Positions 1-8,300 of a DNA stretch of 53,909 nucleotides are shown here, one piece after another. The first letter of the stretch is position 1. Each line of letters starts with the position of its first letter. The stretch covers positions 1-53,909 of IMG/VR virus record IMGVR_UViG_3300048597_000276; one strand, 5' to 3'. This DNA comes from a virus (lineage: Duplodnaviria > Caudoviricetes). The notes under the pieces are model-generated. The model was not told the origin of the DNA and ran no database searches. It saw only the letters and a list, made by a program, of their open reading frames with translations. A program made the position numbers and the translations under genes.

Positions 1-275
1 GCAGCGAGCGCGATTCGGTCTATGTCTGGAACGCACCGAACGCCTCGGTGAACGAGGAGCATGCGGTCACGCTCTCGCAGCGCGGCAAGAGCCCGGCCAC
101 CGCCCTCTCGCTCGCCAAGACGACGTCCGCCATCCTGGACACGACCTGCAACCCCGCGAACCTCAGCGCGGCGGGTCCGGTCAAGGGTGACTACGGTGCG
201 ACCATCCAGTTCAACCTCGGCACCCTCGGTGCCGGCAAGACGGCTGGCGGCACCGTCCAGTATCGGCGGGATTGA
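1..275 (+). CDS. 3' end of a host gene (partial, unknown product)
   Basis: Open frame ending ...GGTVQYRRD-TGA at 275 with GC3-rich codons; lies outside the att site. Confidence 0.45.
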   Translation, partial: SERDSVYVWNAPNASVNEEHAVTLSQRGKSPATALSLAKTTSAILDTTCNPANLSAAGPVKGDYGATIQFNLGTLGAGKTAGGTVQYRRD

Positions 276-524
276 GGATCAGCGCTTCCCTCAAAACTGG
301 CCAACCAGGCGCACCCACCGCTGCCCGGAGCTGCGGTGGGTGTCGCGCCGCGTCCGACATCGCCTCCCACGGCCAGACGCCGTGTTGGTCGTCAGGCTTC
401 GGCCTCGATCCTCAGGTGAATGAGGCCGACGGTACCTTGGCGCTACCCGGGGCCGCTCGCGCGGAAACACCAACGGCCTGGATCCACCAGCCCGCAGCAC
501 GTCGCCCTGCAGATCGTTGATGTT

Positions 525-571
<47 letters not shown>

Positions 572-590
572 TCCTGAGAACCGAGCCAGA

Positions 591-845
591 TCAACGGTCT
601 GTCGACGGCACCCTGGGTTGTGTGCACCTAGCCGCAGCCTGCCGGCGCTGGATCTCGTCGACCTCGAGTGCCAGCTCCAGATGGGCGTGCATCGAGCCTC
701 GTGCACTCGCGGCGAGCAGCTCCTGATACCGCTCGATCGCGGCCGCGGCCTCGGCGTGCAGGTTGCCGTCCTCGTGCAGTCCCTGGAGCATGCACATGTC
801 GCGCCGTTCCTTCAGCCGGGCGACGAGCTCGCCGCCGAGGGGCAT
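591..845 (-). CDS. hypothetical protein
   Basis: ATG at 845 overlaps the endolysin stop (TGATG). Confidence 0.5.
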   Translation of the reverse strand: MPLGGELVARLKERRDMCMLQGLHEDGNLHAEAAAAIERYQELLAASARGSMHAHLELALEVDEIQRRQAAARCTQPRVPSTDR

Positions 846-1285
846 CAGACGTGCGGACCGTCGTAGGGCACGGGTGTCAGGTAGGGCCCGATCTTGGGCA
901 GCTGCCAGTGCGGCCCGTCCTTGCGCGAGGCCGACCAGTTGCCGCCCCACTCGATCGGCACGCGCTCCTGCTGGGCCGCCTCGAACATCGCGTGGCTCAG
1001 CGGGTAGAAGTGCGGCCAGTGCCAGGAGAGCTCGATGTCGCCGTCGCCGTCGGTGTCGAGCACCGGGGCGATGTCGACCGCGTGGCCGGTCAGGTGGCGG
1101 CTGTTCATGGTCCAGCTGGCGCCCTTGGCGACCAGTTCCGCCTGCCGCGCCTTGGACCGCCGGCCCTCGATCACCATGAAACGCGGCGCCCTGGGCAGGG
1201 TGGCGCAGCGGTGCAGCACGCGGACCAGGTGCCCGTGCACGCCCTTGAGCCGCTCCTCGTCGCGGGCCGAGAGCTTGAACGCCAT
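845..1285 (-). CDS. endolysin, M15-family (L-Ala-D-Glu type) peptidase
   Basis: SRHLTGHAVD, EWGGNW and DGPHWQL zinc-peptidase motifs. Confidence 0.9.
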   Translation of the reverse strand: MAFKLSARDEERLKGVHGHLVRVLHRCATLPRAPRFMVIEGRRSKARQAELVAKGASWTMNSRHLTGHAVDIAPVLDTDGDGDIELSWHWPHFYPLSHAMFEAAQQERVPIEWGGNWSASRKDGPHWQLPKIGPYLTPVPYDGPHV

Positions 1286-1287
1286 GG

Positions 1288-1599
1288 CTACCAGGCCTCC
1301 TCGCGTGCCTCGAGCTTGACCAGCGGAAGCGGATAGGAGCCCGGCCGCGGCTGCCCGCCGGCGAGGGTGAGGCCGAGGGCCAGGGCCTTGAACAGCGCGT
1401 CCTGGGCCTGCTGCTGGGCTACCTGCGTCGGGTTGCTGCTGTAGGTCAGCGCACCCTCGGGCGTGAGCGTGAGCGCGGTGTCGGCGCCGACGCGCGAGAA
1501 CGCGACCTTGGCCCGGCTGCCGTCCGGTGCCGAGACCTCGATCGTCCCCTGGGCACAGCCGGCCAGGGCGAGGGCCGCCGCGAGCAGCGCCGCCTTCAC
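1288..1599 (-). CDS. lipoprotein (possible spanin)
   Basis: GTG start overlapping the upstream stop; signal VKAALLAAALALAG-C with lipobox; located in the lysis cassette. Confidence 0.7.
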   Translation of the reverse strand: MKAALLAAALALAGCAQGTIEVSAPDGSRAKVAFSRVGADTALTLTPEGALTYSSNPTQVAQQQAQDALFKALALGLTLAGGQPRPGSYPLPLVKLEAREEAW

Positions 1600-2135
1600 G
1601 GCCGGGCCTTCGTCGGCGGTGCCGGCAGATGCTGGACGACGCCGGGTGGGCTGAGACCAGCGTCGACCAGGACCCACATCAGGCCGGCGACCAGGAACAG
1701 CGCGATCATGGTGACGGCCGCGGTCACCAGCCTCGTGACGCCGCGCACCGGCCCCTCGATGCTGTTGATCCGGGGTTCCAGAGCGGTGACGGCATCGAGC
1801 TTCTTGCCGACCGTCTCGACATGCTTGCCGAGATCCTGGCGCAGGCCGTTGACGGCATCGGCCACCCGGTTCTCGACCCGCACGACGTCGCCGCGGACCT
1901 GCTCGATCGCGGCCCCGATCTTCCCGCGTTCCTCCGCCCCCTGGATCGCCAGCTGGGCGACATGGCCGCCGATCGCGTCGAGCTGCTGCGCCATGCGATC
2001 CATCGCACCCACCTTGGCCTTGACGGTTGCCAGGTCGTCGCGGTGCGTCTCGAACCGCGACCGGAGTTCGCCGACCTCGCGCTCGACCCGGCCAAGGTCG
2101 GCGCGGTAGGGAGACGAGGCGGGTTCGGCCGTCAT
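1596..2135 (-). CDS. coiled-coil protein with C-terminal TM helix (lysis accessory or holin-like)
   Basis: Heptad pattern followed by LVTAAVTMIALFLVAGLMWVLV. Confidence 0.65.
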   Translation of the reverse strand: MTAEPASSPYRADLGRVEREVGELRSRFETHRDDLATVKAKVGAMDRMAQQLDAIGGHVAQLAIQGAEERGKIGAAIEQVRGDVVRVENRVADAVNGLRQDLGKHVETVGKKLDAVTALEPRINSIEGPVRGVTRLVTAAVTMIALFLVAGLMWVLVDAGLSPPGVVQHLPAPPTKARP

Positions 2136-2407
2136 GGCGCTGCCCCTCCGATGTTGCTGAACCCGATCGCGAACCCGCGCAGGAAGGCCAGCACGCCATC
2201 CGCACCGGCGGCCGTGATCCAGACCGCCAGGCGCTCGGCGCCGAACACCGGCCAGAGCAGGAACAACAGGATCACCGCCCGGCCCATGAAGGAGCGGAAG
2301 AACTCGGCCAGGGCGCGCAGCAGGTCCTCGAGCCCGTCGATCGCGGGCTGCAGGTTGAGCCGCTTCGGCGGCTTGACCGTGGGCTCCGGGATCTCCCCCA
2401 TCCTCAT
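2132..2407 (-). CDS. small membrane protein (holin candidate)
   Basis: GGAGG upstream of the ATGs; hydrophobic AVILLFLLWPVFG; first gene of the lysis cassette. Confidence 0.55.
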   Translation of the reverse strand: MRMGEIPEPTVKPPKRLNLQPAIDGLEDLLRALAEFFRSFMGRAVILLFLLWPVFGAERLAVWITAAGADGVLAFLRGFAIGFSNIGGAAP

Positions 2408-2482
2408 CCTCCAGCGCGGCGACCCACGCGGTATAGCAGAGCTAAACTGCGAGGGGAATGTAGGCCCATTGAACGCCACCCC

Positions 2483-3862
2483 TCAGTAGATCTCGGCGTC
2501 GGCCGTGGCGTGGATCAGCATCTTGTCGAAGGCGGCCTGCGAGAGCGTGCCGCCGACGCCGGTCAGGATGATGCCGCTGTCGCCGGCGGCGAGAACGGAC
2601 CCGCTCTTGCCGTCCTTGTCGTTGGTCCAGTTGTACCAGCGCGCCGCGGTGCCGCCCGACATCGGCGTGAACATGGAGACGCTCGGGTTCGAGCGCATGA
2701 GGCAGGGCCAGTTCGCGACCAGCTGGCCGATATTGTCGGCGGTGTGCGCGATGGTGCCCTCGTACTGGCCGGAGCCGTGGCGCGGCCGTTGCTCCAGGTC
2801 GAACGTCTTCTGGTAGTAGCGCCTCAACAAGGGCAGCTCGAAGGCGACCGGCAGATCGTCGAACGGCGTCTGCACCTGCCCCAGTTCGAGCTGCAGGTCG
2901 GCGACGCGGAAGATGGTGCCGCTGGTGCTGGCCCCGTTGAGCTGGCCGGAGACGCAGCGCACGTCGGGCGAGCCCAGGACCCAGGCCCCGGGCGTGTCGG
3001 TGCGGAAGCTGTTGTGCGCCGCGAACACGACGCCGACCCAGCAGCCGCAGCCGGTGTCGCCGAGCCAGGAGCCCGAGAGGCAGGCGACGAAGCCGACCTC
3101 CTCGGCCGACCAGGTCGAGGCCACGTTCACGTTGACCTGCGCGACGTGGGTCACGTTGCGGCTGGCGTTGGCCAGATAGAACGAGAACAGGCCGGTCACG
3201 CCCGACCAGAACCAGCCGCTCATCCGCATCACCTGGCCGTACTGGGTGCCATAGAGCGTGCGGTTGAAGGTCAACCCTTCGATCGGCTGCACCAGGGACA
3301 GGATGTTGCCGCTCTGCAGGGTCGCCATCGGCGTGCGGATCTGGATCTCGCAGCTGTAGCGGCTCGGGCTGCGCTCGGGCGCCTCGAGCACGCGGCGGAT
3401 ACCGACGTTGAAGGAGCCGCGGTTGTCGAGCATCCAGCGGTCGGCATAGTAGGCCCGGGTCGAGGACACCGCGAAGCTGTTGCCCCGCTGCCAATACTTG
3501 AAGTTGCCGTTGAGCAGCATGTTCTTGGGCGTGGCCATCGGGCCGGTGAAGTCGCAGCGCAGCTCGTTGCCGACCACGACCGGGTGCGCACCCCACTTGG
3601 CGTTGGAGTAGACCGCCAGGTTGCCCTCGTTCTGCGAGGTGTCGAGCGAGAGGACCGAGACCCAGTCGGACCCGTCATAGACCTTGTAGACCCAGTAGGT
3701 GGCGTTGCTGTTGTCCCACCAGCCCACGCCGGCCTCGGCCGAGCTCGGCGGCGAGCTGCCGAGCCCCGCCCGGCGCACGTCGCGGATGTTCTCCTGCACC
3801 TGGTTCATCTGGCTCGCGGTGAGAATCTGCGAGACCGAGAACGAAAGCCCAAGCCATGCCAT
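2483..3862 (-). CDS. tail fibre / receptor-binding protein
   Basis: Position after the tail-tip gene; KNMLLNGNFKYWQRG...ADRW and QLELG...TPF...ELPLLRRYYQK motifs seen in phage fibre domains. Confidence 0.75.
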   Translation of the reverse strand: MAWLGLSFSVSQILTASQMNQVQENIRDVRRAGLGSSPPSSAEAGVGWWDNSNATYWVYKVYDGSDWVSVLSLDTSQNEGNLAVYSNAKWGAHPVVVGNELRCDFTGPMATPKNMLLNGNFKYWQRGNSFAVSSTRAYYADRWMLDNRGSFNVGIRRVLEAPERSPSRYSCEIQIRTPMATLQSGNILSLVQPIEGLTFNRTLYGTQYGQVMRMSGWFWSGVTGLFSFYLANASRNVTHVAQVNVNVASTWSAEEVGFVACLSGSWLGDTGCGCWVGVVFAAHNSFRTDTPGAWVLGSPDVRCVSGQLNGASTSGTIFRVADLQLELGQVQTPFDDLPVAFELPLLRRYYQKTFDLEQRPRHGSGQYEGTIAHTADNIGQLVANWPCLMRSNPSVSMFTPMSGGTAARWYNWTNDKDGKSGSVLAAGDSGIILTGVGGTLSQAAFDKMLIHATADAEIY

Positions 3863-3877
3863 AGCGGTCGATACTCC

Positions 3878-5332
3878 TCAGCGGCTCAGACGGTCGACGT
3901 CGAGCTGGTCCTCGTCCAGGATGAACACCCCGTAGCCACGCGCCTGCTGCAGGTCGAGCGAGGTGCGGTGAACCCAGCCCACGTCGTCGGCGCGGACCTC
4001 GTGGCTGATGCCCATGATGGTGAACTGCTCCTCGAACAGGCCGGCGTGGCTGTTGGTCACCAGCACGACGTTGGCGAGGTCGAGCGCCATGGCGCCGGGC
4101 AGGTCGTCCGTCATCGAGATGCCCAGCTTGGGGCTGGGCCCGCCGAACAGCTCGGCGATGTCGCCGGCACGCCGATCGAGCAGATCGCGCGTCGTGAACA
4201 GGGTGGTCTCGATGGTCGTGTCGCGCAGGCCGTAGGCGGTCTGCGAGCTCGCCACATCGTAGCGGATCGACAGGTTCGGCAGGCGGATGATCGGCTTGCC
4301 CCGCAGCCTCATCTTCGTCAGCCAGTTGATGCTGCCATGGCCGTTGAAGATCGTGACCTTGGCGCTCTCGCCGAAGAAGCTGACCGACCAGCTGGCCGTG
4401 GCCGTCCGGTCCGTGCCCGAGCCGCCCGAGTTCGCATTGACCAGGATGTCGGTCGACGACACCGGCACCACCATCTCCACCGCCGGCGCGCGCTCCTGGT
4501 TCCGGGGATCCTCGTAGGCCAGGAAGAAGTTGATGGTGCTCGAGGCCGGGATGCTGATCGCCTCGGCGAGCTGGGCCACGACCTGGACCGAATTCACGTA
4601 GGATCGCGGCCGACCCTGGAGGGTCACCCGGTTGATGATCTCGTCGTCATCGTAGGTGAAGCTGAGCGAGTAGAGGTCGCTGTAGGAGGCCACCGAGATG
4701 CCGCCGAGGTCGAAGTAGCGATCCCGCACGCGCAGCACGCCGTCGGCCGCGATGTAGGCGGCATAGCCCGCGGCCTCGACCAGCTCGCCCATGACGGTGT
4801 GCAGCTTGCGGTCCTGGAACCAGGCATAGGGCAGGATGTCGGCGATGTTGTCGATCGACCTCTGGCTGATCTCGATCGAGGCCACGCTGAGGATGTTGGC
4901 GACGATGCTGTTGACCGGCCAGCCGATCATCATGCTCGTCGTCACCTCCCTCTGTTGGAGGTATTTCCAGCGGTCGCGACATTGGACCGTCACGGTGCGC
5001 TGCTCGGGCGCAGGCGCCACCGACATGCCGTCGATCAGGCCGCGGAACAGGAAGTAGCTCGAGACGCCCAGCGTCGCCGGATCGGTGTAGGTGGCCTGGA
5101 TGTCGACCTGCACGTTGGGGCGCAGCAGGCCGGCATGGACCGAGTTCACGAGCGGGCTGAAGATCCCGGCCGCATCGTCCAGCAGCACCTCGGCCGTGCC
5201 GCCCTCGATCGCACCCGGGAACACGTTGAGGCGCCGGTCGATCGAGAACGCGCGGACGTCGGGCGTGACCACCCAGGCGCTGGTAGGGCCAAGCCAGAAG
5301 GTGACCTGGTAGGAGACGGGCGGGTATTCCAT
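3878..5332 (-). CDS. minor tail / tail-tip (hub-like) protein
   Basis: Immediately downstream of the tape measure gene; beta-rich, 484 aa. Confidence 0.7.
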   Translation of the reverse strand: MEYPPVSYQVTFWLGPTSAWVVTPDVRAFSIDRRLNVFPGAIEGGTAEVLLDDAAGIFSPLVNSVHAGLLRPNVQVDIQATYTDPATLGVSSYFLFRGLIDGMSVAPAPEQRTVTVQCRDRWKYLQQREVTTSMMIGWPVNSIVANILSVASIEISQRSIDNIADILPYAWFQDRKLHTVMGELVEAAGYAAYIAADGVLRVRDRYFDLGGISVASYSDLYSLSFTYDDDEIINRVTLQGRPRSYVNSVQVVAQLAEAISIPASSTINFFLAYEDPRNQERAPAVEMVVPVSSTDILVNANSGGSGTDRTATASWSVSFFGESAKVTIFNGHGSINWLTKMRLRGKPIIRLPNLSIRYDVASSQTAYGLRDTTIETTLFTTRDLLDRRAGDIAELFGGPSPKLGISMTDDLPGAMALDLANVVLVTNSHAGLFEEQFTIMGISHEVRADDVGWVHRTSLDLQQARGYGVFILDEDQLDVDRLSR

Positions 5333-5335
5333 GCC

Positions 5336-8300
5336 TCAGCCCCGCAGCCGCCGGTTCTCTTTCTCGAGCCGGCGCAGGAGCGTGCGGCTGAACTTGTTCA
5401 TGCTCATGTCGTCGGCCACGACCGGGCCGTTGAACACGATCGGCCGCTGCAGCGTGTCGGTGCCGCCGGCGACCGGCCGGAAGCTCACCCGCTCGGCACC
5501 CTGCTCGCCGCCGAGCAGCAGCGTGGGCGAGGTCAGGAGCGCGTCGCCGCCGGTCGCGAAGGCCTTGAAGGGCATCTCCATCGCACGGGCACCCTTGCCC
5601 CAGGCGTCCTGGAGGTCGGAGACCGACAGCCGGCCGCTGTTGATCGCCTTCAGCAGCGGCTCCCACTCCGAGGTGGCCGCCTTGTTGATGACGAACTCGC
5701 CGCCCTCGGCCATGATCGGCACGTCGCCCTGGCCGCCGACCTTGCCGCCGGTGTGGAAGAAATCGAAGATGTCGCTGAAGATGTCCCCAATGTCGTCGAA
5801 CACATCGCTGATGCCGTCGACGATGCTGTCCAGGCCGGGGATGTTGCCGAGGAACCCACCGATCCCCTGCAGCAGGTCCTCGATGTCGCCCTTGCCCAGG
5901 TCGGAGCCGATGGTGCCGATCCAGTTGAGGATGACCTTCGGCAGGCCGCCGACAGTGCTGCCGATGTCGCCCAGGATGTTCCTCACCTGACCCGCGACGT
6001 TGCCGAAGATGTCGACCAGCTCACTGGCCAGGTTCTGGCCGAGGCTGAGCACCTGTCCGAACACGTCCCTGGCCAGGTTGAAGATCCCGCTGAGCTGGCC
6101 GGCGAGCTGGCCCAGGAGCGAGATGATGCCGCCGATCGCCCGCGCGGCGAAGGTCAGCAGCTGATTGAAGGCGCTGACGCCGGCGTTGAGCAGGGTGGTG
6201 AAGGCGGTGGCTGCCGCCCTGGCCAGGGTGGCGAGCGCGCCGCCGATCGCCGTGAAGGCCGACGACGCGGCCGACAGGATGCCGCTGAACGCGGTCCGGG
6301 CGGCGCCGAGGATGGTGGTGAACACCGCGCTCGCTGCGGAAGCCAGAGCCCGCAGGGCACCCTCCATCGCCGAGGTCAGGGCCGAGAACGCCGTGCGGAT
6401 CGCGTCGAACGCGGCCGTGGCCGCCGAACGCATGGCCGAGAAGATGGTGCTGAGCGCGCTGCCCAGGGCCGAGAACGCGGACTGCATGGCACTCACCGCG
6501 GCCGAGGCCACCGTGCGCACGGCCTCGAACGCCGAGGTTGCCACCGAGCGGATGCCGTCCATCACGTCGCCGAACTCGCCGCCGAAGGCGACGAAGGCCA
6601 GGCCGATGGCAGCGGCGGCCGCGGCGCCGGCCAGCACGACCGGGTTGGAGAACAGTGCGGCGAAGCTGGCCGCCCCGCCCGAGAACAGGCCCGAGAGCGT
6701 GCCCCCCGCGCCGAACAGGCCGCTGAACATGCCGCTGAGGCTGGACACCATGCCCGTGCCGCCGGCCGTGCCCGAGGTGAAGAATCCGCCCAGGAGACTG
6801 TTGGCCGTGGTCATCAGCCCCGAGAGCGACCCGCCGCCGCCGAACAGCCCGCTCAGGGTGCTGAACATGCTCGAGACCATGCTGGTCGTGCCGCCGGAGC
6901 CGGCCCCGAAGAACGTGTTGAACAGGCTGACCGCCGTGTCGAGCAGGCCGCCCATGGACCCGCCCTCGCCGAACAGGCCGCTCAGCGAGCCGAACATGTC
7001 CGTCACCATGCTCGCGGTGCCGCCCGAGCCCGAGCCGAAGAACGTGTCGAACAGGCCCATGGCGGTATCGACCAGGCCGCCCAGCGACCCACCCTCACCG
7101 AACAGCCCCGAGATCGACCCGAACATGTCGGAGATCATGGTGGTCATCCCACCGGATCCCTCGCCGAAGAAGCCGTCGAACAGCCCCATGGCCGTGTCGA
7201 GCGCGCCGCTGAGGAAGCCGTCCTCGCCGAACAGGCCGCCCAGGGAATCGCCCAGCCCGGCCAGCCAGCTCCCCCATCCGCCCTCGGTACCGTCGAAGAA
7301 GCCGCTGAACAGCGAGATCGCCCCGTCGAGCATGGACGATAGCGTGCCGCCTTCCGCGAACAGCCCGGCGAAGGAGGTGCCGAGGCCGCCCAGCCACTCG
7401 GTCCAGGTGCCGGCCGAGGCCACCGTCATGTCGGTGATCGCCGTGCCGACGCTGGCCGTCTCGGTCTTGGCGCCGGCGGTGAAGCCGAGGAAGTCGCGCA
7501 GCGCACCGCTGGCGAAGGCGATGACGGTCTCGGCCGCCTCGTCGGCGAACACGCGCTGCATGTCGGCCAGGAAGGCGTCGAGGTCGAGCTCGCCGGTCAC
7601 GAAGAACTCGCTCAGTGCCGACTGAGCCGAGGAGGAGAACCCTTCGACGATGTCCTGTGCTGCGATGCCCCAGCCGCCCCACTGCTCGATGTTGTCGACC
7701 AGGGCCGCGTTGACGCCGGCCAGGACGTCGTTCTGGGCCGCGATCTCGGTATTGAGGGCGGCGACCTCGTCCTGGACCTTCTGCAGCTCCTCCGGGGCGA
7801 CGATCCCCTGCTCGCGATACCTCTCGATGATCGCCTCGAGCAGGGCGACCTGCTCCTCCATCAGCAGGCCCGAGCTGTCGAGAACCGCGTTGACCTCGGT
7901 CTCCATGACGTCGGCCATGGCCGCGGCCTGCTCGCGCATGGCCTCGAGCGCGTCGCGGGCCCGCTCGGTCGGGCTGACCACCCGCTCGTCCATGCCGTCG
8001 TAGACGGTCATCAGGTCCTCGACCGCCGCCTGCTGCTCCTGCAGCGTCAGGCTGGTGTCGGAGAGGATGGCGGTGAGCTCGTCGTTGAAGGTCGCGTCGA
8101 TGACGGCGCGCACGGCCTCGAGCGCGTCGCGGCCGTCCGTGCCCAGCGTCTCCAGCTCACCAGTGAGCTGGGCGAACAGCGCCGCCTTCTCCTCGATGCC
8201 CCAATCGGCGTCGCGGATGTTGGCCGCGATGCTGGCGCTGGTGCTCTCGACCTGCGCCTGCGCTTCCTCGAACGGCGTGACGATCGCGTCCCGGGCGGCC

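Noticed and set aside
2483-3862. Diversity-generating retroelement target in the fibre gene
   Set aside because: No reverse transcriptase and no template-repeat copy noticed in the window.
2027-7342. 1771-aa plus-strand ORF, and similar long ORFs at 8306-10747, 15452-18562, 23971-25836 and 30577-32349
   Set aside because: Antisense shadows of genuine genes in high-GC DNA; no motifs or RBS.
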